Shown here in pieces: positions 1 to 12,500 of a DNA stretch of 64,000 bases; position 1 is the stretch's first letter; the number at the start of each line of letters is the position of its first letter. Both the position numbers and the translations under genes were made by a program. Source of the stretch: Hydrolagus colliei (lineage: Eukaryota); contig CM068748.1 in the NCBI GenBank assembly GCA_035084275.1, positions 2,976,001 to 3,040,000 of the forward strand, given 5' to 3'. Under the pieces are notes generated by a model. That model saw only the letters and a program-made list of their open reading frames with translations, had not been told where the DNA came from and made no database searches.

Positions 1-1332
1 CCAGTTTGTGTTATTCTCTCTGAGCTGCTCTCGATACGAATTCACTATCCATTTCAACGCACCAAAAACGTGGGCTTCAGGATTATTCATTGGGACACAG
101 CACTGACACAGCATCAGCGCCAGGTCGCAAACAACCTCAAGTGACACACGGAAATTATAAGGGGAAGAAGGTTCCGACTGATTTTTTTAGATGAAGGGAC
201 TGAGGATATTTTGAAAAGATCTAAGTTAAAGGGGGAAAATATCCTTGTGGAATAATGGACATTGTGATGGTTGGAGCGGGTTTGCTGTCTTAGAATTAAA
301 TACCAATGGGCAAACACAGTGACCCACCAGGGAGAGCGGCAGGTCATAACCTGAAGGTGGTAGTGAATACATTGTGAGATGTCCACCAAAAAACGACTTT
401 ACCACAACTCCAAAGCTGAGTGGAACTTCAGAGAGGGTTGGATCTGTAACATAGCCCAGTATTTCCCTCAATGCGATAACAGGCTCCAAATTATAGTCTG
501 GATTAGGGAAGAATTTGCAAATATTGAGCCTTGCCTGCAGCCAGAAGCAAGTCACATCGACCTTTGGGAAGGGAACACTGCTCCCCTAAGACTGCAAAGA
601 TCCCAGTCACTGCCACTCAACTCCGACGCAATCCAACATTCATATATTTGACAGATAGTGAGAAGAGAACCTAATGTAGCCCGACTTCCCTTGTTAACAG
701 GACTTCACGCTAGCTCTCTGACAAAAACTAGCTTTGCAAGAATAGGCTTAAGAGAAAACTCAGCATGTCTTTGAAGACAATGAAACAGAGTTTTAACAGA
801 GAAACATGAGGTTTGTCTATCACTACAGCATTAGCAGGTCTGCAAACATCCCCAGGCATTCTGGAACTCACATTTATAATTCCAAACACAGCTCCTTAAA
901 GAAAATACTGGAGTTTACGCGGCTGGCCTGTGCACTCGGTAAAATATCTGACCAGAGAACATCAAACGCATTGTGAGCTCACATACTCTGTTAAGAGAGT
1001 CTGTACAGAACTTCCAAGTCAGCACAGTGGTATCTGAACCATAGCACAGAAATGTGCAAGCTTAACCTCCACAATGCTGACTCCTGAAATGTATAGGATA
1101 TACTAAATATACCTTTCGGTATATTTTAACTCCTTCCTCTCCATAAAGCGCTATTATATTTGAACCAATCTGAGCTGAGCTGCAGTGACCTGGGTTGAGA
1201 CCAATGTTATTTGTGCAATTAGCAGATCTTCATCTTCAGCCTTTCTGCATTTGCTCCTCCCTTTGAAAGCATTTACTGCTGTTAATTTAAGCAAGAGAAA
1301 AGGCTGTGAACAGATCAGCTAATAATTAATGG

Positions 1333-1516
1333 TGTCAGCTCGGCTCAGTTGGTAGCACTCTCCCTCTCTCTCTCTTGACTCTAGAGTCAGAAGGTTGTGG
1401 GTTTAAACTCTACTTTGGGGCTTTGAGCTCACAGTCTAGACTGACACGACAGTGTGAGTGCCCGGGGATCCCTGCATTGTCCTGGAAGTGCCAACCTTGG
1501 GATCAGATGTTAAACT
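1333..1516 (+). mobile_element. Deu-domain SINE (SacSINE1/AmnSINE-related), tRNA-like head and core
   Basis: GCTCAGTTGGTAGCACTCTC...GAGTCAGAAGGTTGTGGGTTTAAACTC..GAGCTCACAGTCTAGACTGACAC..CTGCATTGTC..GATGTTAAAC resembles my recollection of the shark DeuSINE consensus. Confidence 0.7.
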
Positions 1517-3074
1517 GCACAAAGAAGCTGGTTAATAATTATAGTGGCAGGTGAAGGCATTAATCACCATTGCAATTTCAGTGAGAGGAATAATCAAAAC
1601 AACAACAAAAAGCAACAAAATGACATTTATATAGCGCCTTTCACGCTGGGAGGTTGTCCCAAGGCGTTGAAACTACAAAACGCAGTTTGCACCATGTTAG
1701 CATAGTGCCGCCCGGACTCACTCCCAACCCACGTTATAGCGTTCCTTTCAGATAAATCGAAGCCCCAAAAGATGAGCTGGAAGGACAAGTGCGGAAATGC
1801 CAAATTTGCAGAACATCTGTCACTGCTGTCTCTTCTGCCCAAGCATTCAGCTACGCTGCGTCCGCACTAAGTATTTAAAAACCTGCCACTACAAATGTCA
1901 TTTTCCGTCATCACGCCAAACACCATTTGAACTGCACGAGTGACTGCAGCAGCCACGATCAAACGTGGCCATGAAAGCACATAGTTTAACGTCATCGTTA
2001 ATGCCCTCGAGAATCTATGGGACACGGCGATGCTGCAGGTTTAGTAGACCAGCAACAAGAAAAAACTAATCGCAGTAATCTCAATCATGATTTTTGTCTA
2101 CAACATGTTTTGGGTGAAAATGCTCCCATCTACGACAAAAGGTTAAGACACCACATTATTGCCCGAGCTTCTTAAACATTGTTTCGACATCGTTTCCGAG
2201 TGTACCGGAATTCTGCCGTGTTATAAATAAAGGTCAACGTAGCAAAAAAGACTTGACCTTTCCCTGAGATTTCACACAAGTTCTAACTTCTTGCCACACA
2301 AATAACTTCACTTATTTCTGTTAACTATTATTGTTCAATCTTGATAAGATTTAGTTTCAACCGCAGTGGGTTTTTTTTGTGGGGCACTTTTCTCCCACAT
2401 CACTTCAGAGGCAGTATAACATTTTATGAACGCAGTGAAAATGGAGACGGGGGTTACTTCTGTCAGGTTGGAAGGGGAGGGAGGGAGGGAAGGGGTTGAG
2501 AATGAATTAAGTAACCTGATAAATGGGTGTAATGGCTTATTGCCAGTAACTTATACACTGCAAAGCAGAATTCAATTCACTATCCTTAAATACAAGTGTC
2601 CAATGAATTAAATACCAGCATCGGTAAGAATATTAATGATAATCCTTACTTTTGATACAGAGCCTTTCACAATGGGAGAGCATCTCAAAGCATTTCACAG
2701 GATACACTGTAAAGCCAAGTGGCTGTGCATTTTGTGGGCTAAGTGAGCAGGGTCCTGGCTAAGTGAGCAGGGTCCTGTCTCGAAGGACTATTCTGCGTGG
2801 CGTACATTGTTTACAACAGTCTGAATCAGAAATTCTTGAAATTCCAGAACTTGCACCTTTAATTCATTCTGGGTGTTAAGTGGATGTACCTGAGGGGTAC
2901 TTACATTACCTAAACAGGATTAGAAACCAAGTTCTATTTCATTCCGATTATCAAAACAAAAATCCCCAGCAATATTTTGCCTCCTTAATTATATTTCCTC
3001 CGGGAATACTGACTTCCATCAGCTGGGAGTCATCAACCCAGTGACTGATGCCAATCCATAATCACGTGGTGGCA

Positions 3075-3255
3075 TAGAATTACACAGAACGTTACAGCAT
3101 GGAATTGTGCCATTTGGCCCAACTACTGCTCTCCCTCCCTCTCTCTCCCCTACCCCTCTTATTCCCTTCTCTCTCATGCATTCATCAAGTTTCCTCTTAA
3201 ATACATTGACGCTTTCTCCTTCGGCCACAACTTTCCAGCAGCCCGATGCTCCCAA
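3075..3255 (-). mobile_element. CR1 LINE 3' fragment
   Basis: Encodes VVAEGESVNVFKRKLDECMREKGIRG (CR1 ORF2 C-terminus-like), followed by a GGGCCAAATGGC...TTCTATG 3'UTR. Confidence 0.7.
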
Positions 3256-4029
3256 ACCGAGGCGCTCACGGTGTGGAAAGTGAATAAGTGTCCCATTTTT
3301 CCATTGCTTTCAATGCAGTGTCAGGTGGTGCTGGCAAACGGTGACACATGTCTGTGCTTGGGGCGAGGGGAATGAAGTGGTAGCCAGCTTTGGCACATCA
3401 CCAATACGCTCCTCCAATCAAAGCGACATGCAAGAACGGAAAAGATCATTATAGTCCGTCTGGTCGTTCTAATTTTCAAAACGCCATCTGTACCGTGCAT
3501 CCAGCTCAATCCGCTTCATCATCATAAACCTCATCTGACTCTTCCCCCCCCCCCACCCCATCTTGCAACCACCCAACCCTCTCCCATTCACTGCCTGCTT
3601 AAAGCATCAGAAACGACACTGGCTGTTCACCTCTTGATCGCTGCCCCCCCCATAATTATTCAGCAGGTTGAGTGCTTTAAGATGCTTTCCGCCACGACTT
3701 TGGTCAACACCTTCAAACTCTCTCACCTTTCCTCCTTGTTCAATTACTCCCCATTGTACTTGTGAAATGCTTTGCGATGTTCATCCTACGCGAAAGGGGC
3801 CTAACAAGTGCAGGTAGCTATCTCTGTATCCTGTCTTGAATTTGATCTGTGGGAAAGCTTGGCAACTCGGCACATTGTTACACTGACACTAGAGCAGCAA
3901 GATGTGAAACTTGCCTCACTTCCTCAATCCCTCACTTCGGAACATCTGCCAAATTGCCAGATGTGTGTTTGGGAAGAGAGGGAAGAGGTAAACAAAAGAC
4001 AGCACGTTAGATTCTCAAACGCTCAATAA

Positions 4030-4212
4030 ATAATGATAATAATAATAATCCTTGTGTTTGATATAATAATAATTATGATAATAATAATCCTTGCATTTAA
4101 TTTAGCGCTGTCCACATTTTCTAGATGTCTGAAAGCGCTTCACAGAATATGCTGTAAAGTGAATTGACTGTATATTTGTAGGCGAATTGCGGCAGCCAAT
4201 TGCACACAGCAA
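4030..4212 (-). mobile_element. SINE 3' half (L2-type tail ending GCAAGGATTATTATT)
   Basis: Shared core CAGTCAATTCACTTTACAG..TTCTGTGAAGCGCTTT.AGACATCT and an ATT-repeat tail, which is partly duplicated here. Confidence 0.75.
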
Positions 4213-5199
4213 TTTCGATAAGATGTAGAATATATAGTATAAAAGTTATATCATCTTATCAGGAGACGTCTCAAATTCATGCTTTGTAACGTGAATTGAG
4301 TGCATATTTTAGTGTAGAACAGATATCAAATATACGACTAGGCTGATCTGCAGGACCTAGCTGCTCACTGGGTAAATCAATTAAACCAGACAGGGGGTGT
4401 GGCAGCATTTTATTTAAGATTTAATCAGTTTGCCCTTACTACTCCTTCTGATTCATTGTCTTTAACAACTTGGAGCAAAAGGATGTCAATTCCAACTATG
4501 CACAAATTGCCTGCAATTGTTCCACCCATTTAAAAATGGTTTACGACAGAATTCAATAAAAGCATATTTGTAAAAATTCGTCCAAACTGATCCATAATAT
4601 TCTCGGGAAAAGGTTCATTAAAAGTACCCCTTAGTTGGGCTGAGTTACGGGACACCATATAATTCATATATACATATAATGTGAACACTTTCTCTTTAAC
4701 TGCATACTGTTCATCATTAGTGGCAGCACATCCCACTAGTTCCTGACTCCAGCCCTTGTCTTTATGGAGCTTGCTCTGTATTTTACTCACTGGCAGGCTA
4801 CAACCTTCCACTGTCTGCAGCACAGAGGACTCCACCTCCCTCCCCCTCAATTGAAAAGCTGAACAGCTTGTTGCGTGGAGCACACTGTATAAAGTGTCTT
4901 TGTTTTTACTCCTGATGCACAAAGACCGCTTGTCCTTGCTTGCGTCTCCTGCTCTTTGCCACCCAGTCATATCCTATTCCAATGCCAACCCCTGCCAAGT
5001 AAATTAGGGATTACTCCCTGCTTAAATAGCAGCCTTTGTGTGGCTGCAATATTGCCGGTACCAGCTAGCAAAAAAAAACAAAAGGGAAAAAGCATTTCTC
5101 TAATTCTCATTAATTTCTTTTGCAGGCAGCCCTGAGCTTAAGACAGTTTAAATGTGTTAAGTTGCAGCATATTAAGTGCACATAAACAAACAAGCCAAA

Positions 5200-5222
5200 A
5201 ACACACACACACACACACACAC
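5200..5222. repeat. (AC)n microsatellite
   Basis: acacacacacacacacacacac. Confidence 0.9.
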
Positions 5223-6389
5223 TTGCAATATGCGCAATACTGAAAAAGCAGCTTCTACTGCAGCAAAAAGAAAGCAATCTACAGTTTGAAAAGATGGTGA
5301 ACAATTCTTAAACAAAGAGAAAACAGGAAGTTTTCCTTGCCTGGAAAATGTTGCTTCCACATTCTTCACATGAATACATTAATAAGAGTCACACATGGTA
5401 GGAGCAGCCAAAGGAGGGGGTGGGGTGGGGTTGGGGGGGTGAGGGGAGGAGAAATTTAAACTCCCCCCAAAATAAAAGCAGACATTCACTGCTCAGGGTC
5501 TAGTTCACAGCCTCCCTCCGACAGCACAACTACAAGGGATGTCTTCGATCAAGCAATCCCCTTGCCCACAGCTGCAACATCTCGAGACAAATGTCTCTTT
5601 GAACACAAGTGGAAAGAAAAGCCTTTTGTCTTGAGTTCTGGAGCAAAGTCTGGGCTGCCGAACACAGATACAGTCACCTTTACACCGCTGGAAACTGCTC
5701 AGAGCTCTGCCTCTGGAAAGGCTGAAGCTTTTAACTAATCGCAATCTAACCCAACCCTTGGAAAAAAATCATGTGAGCCAACCCCCAAAAAAACCCTTAG
5801 AAACCAGACACGCTGAATACGTTGATATTTTGATTTTCCCAACGCTCCCAGTTTTAGCAGTTGCTTTCTTTCTGTCTTGTGTTTCTGTTTAATTTTTGCT
5901 GTAGCATTTCACACTGGTTTCTTCCATTTCAGGGCTTGGAAACCTCTGCAGTGTTTAGTTTCTGGTTTCCCACCCACCTCAACCACCCCACCCCCCCCAC
6001 CCCATTCCCTCTCAACCCTTCTCTCCCCCTCAACCGAAGATCTCTCAATTCTTTACCTTCGCAAAGTCCGAGAAACAGCAAGAGAGGGGATCAAGATTGT
6101 TCACACAACTCAAACCCTCTGCTGTCGATGCTCCCCCATGTACTAAATGTTAAAGAGACCCTTAGTGGCTTCCTTCCTCCCACCTCCTCTAAGCTGACAT
6201 GTTCTTTCTGCAGCCTGCCAGTTAAACAGGAGCACAGCTGACCAGATGGTGAATTTCAGCATCAGAAACTGGCAACAACACAAGTCATTTGAAAATCCCG
6301 ATCAGAGCCGCTTTCAGGATTTGTGGTTCTGTTCACGCTGGCAACTCTCAAAAGTGCAGAGAGTGCACCAGATCTCTGCACACTGAACC

Positions 6390-6886
6390 TCGGGGGCTCT
6401 GGGACGTTACACCCTGCGTGAAGGCCGCCATATAGATGCAAGTTGTTGTTGTTGCTGTGGCTCCGCAAACGCTGCCACTGCGCACAACATGGAAGGAAAT
6501 CCAGAACACGCAGGACATCCAGAACCTGGATCAATTGTGCTCCAGTGAGTTTCACATCGCCACGGACTCGCTCCTTCCTATCTCCGTGACTTGCTAACCC
6601 CCATACCAACCTGTCCGTTCCCTCCGCTCAGCAGGCTCCGGCCTCCTCCACGTCCTGCACCCGGCCAGCCCTACCATCAGCGGTTGGGCCTTCAGCCATT
6701 CTTTGGAACTCCACCCCATACTCCCTTTGCCTTGCTCCTTCCCTTACTTCCTTCAAAACACACCTCAAGACTTCAACAGCGTATTTGGTCACCCTCCTAC
6801 CTCTAATCTCCCTGGTGTCCAGCGCCTTGGGACGTCCTCCCAATGTGAAAGGCGTTGCACAAATGCAATTTGTGGTTGTTGTTGTC
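6390..6886 (+). mobile_element. L2 LINE 3' fragments (short tail followed by a longer piece)
   Basis: CTCCGTGACTTGCTAACCCCC...TGGAACTCCACCCC...CTTCAAAACACACCTCAAGAC..GCGCCTTGGGACGTCCTCCCAATGTGAAAGGCG..GTTGTTGT. A second GTT tail ends at about 6453. Confidence 0.75.
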
Positions 6887-7234
6887 GCCTACCACCATAT
6901 CATCTCTTTTGCGTCAGGGCTCTTAAGCTTCCCATCTGTTCGTCTGCCTGACATCACTGGCTAGCGAGCGGTGCCAATCAATTTAAAAAAAATTATAATT
7001 TATCTGCGTAAACACACAGGACATTTAACGTCCAGGCTTTTCAGCTGTCGCTTTGCACACGTAGCTGCCGATGTGAAATTCACTGGAGCACAATTGAGTT
7101 AACTTGGGGGGCAATGGGGCATCTGTACGTCCTCTGGAAAGCAGAAGGACAATAGCAAAAGGGCCCATGGCTGAAGTTGTGTGCGCCGACTGAAGAGAGA
7201 CGATGGGCTGCAGAATGTGGGCCTGCAGACAGCG

Positions 7235-7238
7235 AGAC

Positions 7239-7271
<33 letters not shown>
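7235..7271. repeat. (AG)n/(CT)n microsatellite
   Basis: agacagagagacagagagagagagagagagagagaga; a polypyrimidine tract on the gene strand. Confidence 0.9.
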
Positions 7272-7632
7272 CGTGTGATGGTCTGGCAGCATTCCAACAA
7301 CTTTAAAACTTAATTTACTTTCCAGCTTCCAGAAATACGCATTTCTTTCTTCAGAACTGATGGGCAACCCAGGCTTTGCAATCATAATTAAGTAGTGCGA
7401 GAGTTACTGACTCCTGTAATTCCCTCCAGCCACTCTCCGAGCGGACTTTCTTGGTTTGGTTTGAAGTGATAGTGACACTCTTTTTCCCCTACTGCAGACA
7501 CACTCACACATATCCACACACACATACGGGGAAGCGATTCACTGTGGAGTTTGTCTTACAAACACAAAGAAGAACTAAAACCCTCCTTTGCAACAGTGGC
7601 AAAGTCATTTCCTCAACATATGACTGACTCAC

Positions 7633-7735
7633 CGTTGTGAAGAGTGGCTTCGTACAGAAACAATTCGTTCGTTTTGCTGCGTATTCTCGCTAGAATTCTC
7701 CCATGTAACCTCAGCAAGTGATTTGACCAAACCAT
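7633..7735 (-). CDS. Candidate alternative first coding exon (MVWSNHLLRLHGRILARIRSKTNELFLYEATLHN|G)
   Basis: ATG-initiated, 103 nt, consensus donor ACG|GTGAGT in phase 1. Non-repetitive context. No homology support. Confidence 0.3.
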
Positions 7736-9299
7736 CCGCAGTAATAAAATCGTGAATACCCTAATAAAATGCGTGATTTCACAGACATTCCCTGGTCAGA
7801 CTATTAACCAGAAGTGAAATGGGAAGGCAAGCCAAGCACCCAGTAGCTGAACAATTTTAATTTCGTTTTTTTTTCAATGTGTTGAAGGAAACACAAAGTC
7901 TACACAGCACTTTCCCTTTTTGTGCAGCAGATTTTCTAGTTTGAGGAGCGTTGACCCAAAACAATACTTCCGGATGTTGCGAGACAGAAGGACCCGAGGA
8001 CACAGGATCGGGGATTGTGAAGGGCCAATTGAGAGCAGACACCAGGAAGCAAATCTAAGGAGTTACCACCATGGGTGGGTGGAGGACTAAAAAAATCACT
8101 CATTACAAATGATCTCAATGTTATAAGTGGAAGATGGAAGGTATTCTGGAACAAGTGGGCTGAGGGACCCCTTCATCCATTCAGCTCCTAATCTTATCAA
8201 TTTCCAAAGGTAAACATTTTCATTTATAGTACAGTAATAATCTTTGCCTTTGATACAAGGCTTTTCACATCAGGAGGACATCTCAAAGCACTTCAAATAA
8301 TTTTACTGCAAACTTTATTGACTTTGTATTTTTCAGGCGAACGTGGACACCAATTTGCGCACAGTGATGTCCCACAAACAACCATAAAGAGAATGACCAA
8401 TTTTATCCGGGGGATGGTTGGCCAAGTCACCAGGAGGAACCACTTTCACTTATTCATTTATTGGGAAAATTGGAGAGCAATTTGAACCCAGAGGTTTTAA
8501 CAACTAGATACAAAGCCTTTTTCAAACATTTTGAGTTCTCATTTGTGGGACATTTTCTGTTCTGCTTCCTGCCATCCACCCCCAACACACCCCCAACTCC
8601 CACACGATCCACAACAGCTTGGGCAAGTGTCCAAACACTGCTCCACTCTGCATCAGATAGCAAGCGAGGGTGGTACAAATAGATAGCAAACTACAGTTGC
8701 AACTGTTGCTTTGACATTTTCTTCGAGACATAGAGATTTACTTTCGTTGCGGCAATCTTGCAGATGTTAACAGTGCCCCATTTGGCAGTGATAGAGTCTC
8801 AGTGATCTACACATGCTAGTGTTTAAGCGACATTTTTAACTTTGCTCCTAGTCTAAAGAGACACAGTGCCTCAGCCGATGAGATAACATCTCTGCCGAGA
8901 ACTGCTATGCACAGTTCTGAGGTAGCTTGTTCTTTCACATGAGAGAAAAATCAAATGTCAAAAGATTTTTCCCTCCCCCAGCTCCCAGGCCAAGATTAAC
9001 ACAAAAGTAGTTTGTTGTTTTTCTGATTTACTTATGTTATTACATTTATAGTAATAATAATAATCAGGGTTGGATTTGATACAGCAATTTATTACGTCAA
9101 AACTATTTCGTCTTAAAGCTACATATTTGTAGACATTTTTAGATAGGTTTACAAGATTTTTCTGAGATACAGCTTTTCAAAAATTCTCTCCTGAGTGATT
9201 TGCCCAGAATTTTCTGCCAATTCTTCCACTTTCTCTGTGAGGTAATACTGTTCCTGTCTCTTCAATTCTTTTCATGGTAGAATGAAGACCGTACCGGGA

Positions 9300-9510
9300 G
9301 AACATTTTTATTATGGTCTAAAATGCACTGCCTGAAAGGGTCAGTGGAAACTGATTCAATAACAACTTTCAAAAGGAAATTGGCTAGGTTCTTGAAAAGG
9401 AAACATTTGCAAGAATATGGGAAAGGGCGGGAGAGTGGGCCTGAATGGGTAACTCATCCAAAGAGCTGGCAGAGGTACGATAGACCGAATGGCCTCCTTC
9501 TAGGATTCTA
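9300..9510 (+). mobile_element. CR1 LINE 3' fragment
   Basis: VETDSITTFKRKLARFLKRKHLQEYG followed by a ACGATAGACCGAATGGCCTCCTTCT 3' end. Confidence 0.75.
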
Positions 9511-12500
9511 TGGCATCTCAACTATTGAGTTCTCCCATCAAAGATCAACCTACCACCACACAAGTATCATCAGAGACCCTCATGGCTCATTGGTTTTCAT
9601 TCTTCCTGAATCCCAGTCCTAATGCCTTCCTTCTCATTACTGCATCAAGCTAATACTTTAACAAATACTAATACTTTAACAAAGTGCTTTTAACGTCAAA
9701 AGGTCTCAGACCGCTTTACCCATAAATGCTATCGAATGGAGTGAGCCAACTCGGCAGACAATTTCTGCACAGTAATATCTTGCAAACAGCCAAGAGGTGA
9801 ATGAGCAATTTACTTGGGAGCATTTTCTCACCGGTCAAAAATCATTGAAAGAAATTGCCAGGACGATTGAAAATTCCTAAACGAGAGCTGACGTTTCCCT
9901 ATTTGTATCATGAACCCAATTTGCGAAGTCACCTGACTTTATTTTGTTTTATAATATGATCAGGAGAAATGGCCACATTTATATATTTCCCCCGGTATTT
10001 AAATAAGTGCAACAAGGCAGTTTGTAAAGCAGCCTGGAGTTATTACCACAGTTGTTTCTGTGAAATTGTACTTTAGTCATGCAAGGAATGAATCCTGGTC
10101 AGCCAATACTATCCATCACGTGTATTGTACCTGTGGACTCCGAAAGCCACAAAAACAACATATAATGTCAGTTTCGAAGAAATTTGAATGAGAGAAGCAG
10201 AGAGAGTAAGAGCACAACATGTTCGAATGTCTTGACACTGATATTAGGTCACACTATCTACCTTACCCTACACAGCCTCGAGAAGGTAATAAAATATGTT
10301 TGTGTAAAGAATTAAGTGCTCAAATTGTTACCATGTTTCAAACTTGTTTGGTCGGATAAAGGAGTACATGAATTCTGCAGGTGGGGTCCACATGGTGAGG
10401 TCCTGTGGGTGGGAGGAACATTTTGTTTTTCAAGATTTCTATATGATGTGAGCTTGCTTAGCATCCTCCGTGTATAGACACTAGGATAACAATGTTCTTT
10501 GTCAACAAGCAGTCGCACCACGAAGACACGAAATGTAAGTCACACCTGCTAAAGTAAACCATCTTAACGTTTCTTCAATCAATAAATGTTTGAATTGTGA
10601 AAAACCTATACCTTTACTCATGAACTGGGGAACTTATTTTTTTCCCCTTCCCGAGGTCTATTATGTCTTAAGGGCACAACACATGTAAGAAATTATGTGT
10701 CTCTTCCCATGACGAGAGGGATTGGCATGGTACTGTACTCGGATCAGCGGTACAGATGACCACCAAATTCATTCATTCAAGCAGCAGCTTAAGCAACAGC
10801 AAACGCTACCTTTCTTATCACAAGGTAAAACTTTGCCATAAAAGATTCCAGCCTTGGCATGCGCTGTTGTTATTGGCACATGGCTTAGTCTCTTTTAGTA
10901 CATTTTCGAATGGAATGTTCTGCAAAGTAACGCCCTGACCCCGAAAGTTCTTCACGCAAACCTCCGTAATATGTACCCACGCTTTGTTCTTCCACTGTTC
11001 GACCCTGGACACCGACCATGCCTTAATCTCAGGAGTACAGAAACGATTACTTTTCTTGGTACATTTGATCATCTGTACGACTAGATGAACAGGCCAGGCG
11101 GCGAGTTGTCAATCGCACTGATTCATGTGGTTATAATAATACAATTGTTCTCGAGCCACATCCGAATTTTTCCTCCAAAAAATTATAACTCAATTTCTTT
11201 TGTCAACAGAAAGTTAATTTCTTCCTTTTGTCCCTTCTCTACTTCAATCAGAATTCGATTGCAGATTTCCATTGAGATGATTTTAATAGAATAATATGCC
11301 ACTATGTGAACACCGCGAAAGACAGCAGGAAATTGAGATATGCACTCTGGAGAAATCCATCATCATGTGGTTCACCGAGTGCAGACTACAATGATAGACT
11401 GGTAATGTTGTGCTGGTGAAAGCGTGTGCAGACTGTTGAGTTGAGGTGAAAATGTTACAATTAAAATTATTATTGGACCAGTTGTTTGGGACTCTAAATT
11501 CAAATGCGCGACTTAATTTCACAAATGAAGACATCGAATCGCTAAAGGCAACTCCCAGGACAATGATCCAAGGTTGGTTAGAGGTCAGGTCAGAAAAGGA
11601 GGAAACTGCACACAGAAAGGGGTTGTGAAAATGTGGACTGCACTACCCCCCCAGAAGACTCTCAGAGACAGAATCAAGTGAGCTGTTTAATAGAGAGGCA
11701 GATGAGTCACACTCTAGGCTTTGAAGGGGCTTTGGGGGAAAATAAAAATAATAATAATCCTAGCATTTGATATAGTGCTTTTCACATCTTCTAGACATCT
11801 CAAAGGCAGTGAAAAGTTCTGCCCATCATCTTAAAAACTCACACAAGATCACAAGATTGGTCTGGGTGAAGGAGGCTTTGTAGCTCATAGGATCTCATCG
11901 CTCCAGAACACTCTACCTACCACCTTGACCTCTACCACTTCTCCTGAAAAACAGAATGCTAATGTTAACACTAAAATGATTACATTTGATATTCTTGCTA
12001 TATCTTGCTGTTCCGGTCGTTGATTACTGGCAGAAAAAGCCTGATTGGCTGAAGGGCCCTTTGCTGCGACTTTCTTCCTAGTTACTCATGAGAGATCCTG
12101 CTGATAACCAGGAATATAACACGTACAACTGCACAGGCAGGTTTCCCAAGAAACAGCCTGACTTTCTGCCAGTTACCGGTAGGATTTCTGATTGAAGCTC
12201 AAAATTGTTGTCAGGGAAACTTGTCACCAGTCAACGGTTTTAGCCCCAAAATAAGCTGATTTGTAAAGTCAACACTGGTCACAAGCTGACGACCAACTGC
12301 AGTATTATAATAATAATAATCCTTGCATTTGATACAACGCTTTTCACATCTTATCGACGTCTCAAAGCGCTTCACAGCGTATACTGTACTGTGTCCCATA
12401 AACAGTTATGGATTGAAACGACCAATTTTCTTCTTGTGGTTTTCTTTTGGACGGATTATTATTAGGCGTGTGCAGTAAGGAAACTTGCCCAAGTTTCTCC

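Noticed and set aside
2737-2776. 20-bp tandem duplication GGCTAAGTGAGCAGGGTCCT x2
   Set aside because: Only two adjacent units with no spacer; an ordinary slippage duplication, not CRISPR-like.
4530-4970. 146-aa minus-strand ORF with donor CCA|GTGAGT at about 4790
   Set aside because: The donor is phase 0 in the ATG frame and the phase-1 frame has a stop. No recognisable homology. At most a non-coding exon.
5414-5450. G-quadruplex-like G/C tracts (also 37010-37027, 49760-49800, 62420-62465)
   Set aside because: Such tracts are common throughout this window, with no specific evidence of function.
6051-6120. TGC GAA G|GTAAAG donor mimicking the CtBP2 'CEG' junction
   Set aside because: In-frame TGA 12 codons upstream with no ATG after it.
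10700-11560. Coding-like, CpG-containing stretch (similar at 30280-31250), possibly a decayed transposon
   Set aside because: No recognisable motif or termini, so it cannot be classified without a database search.
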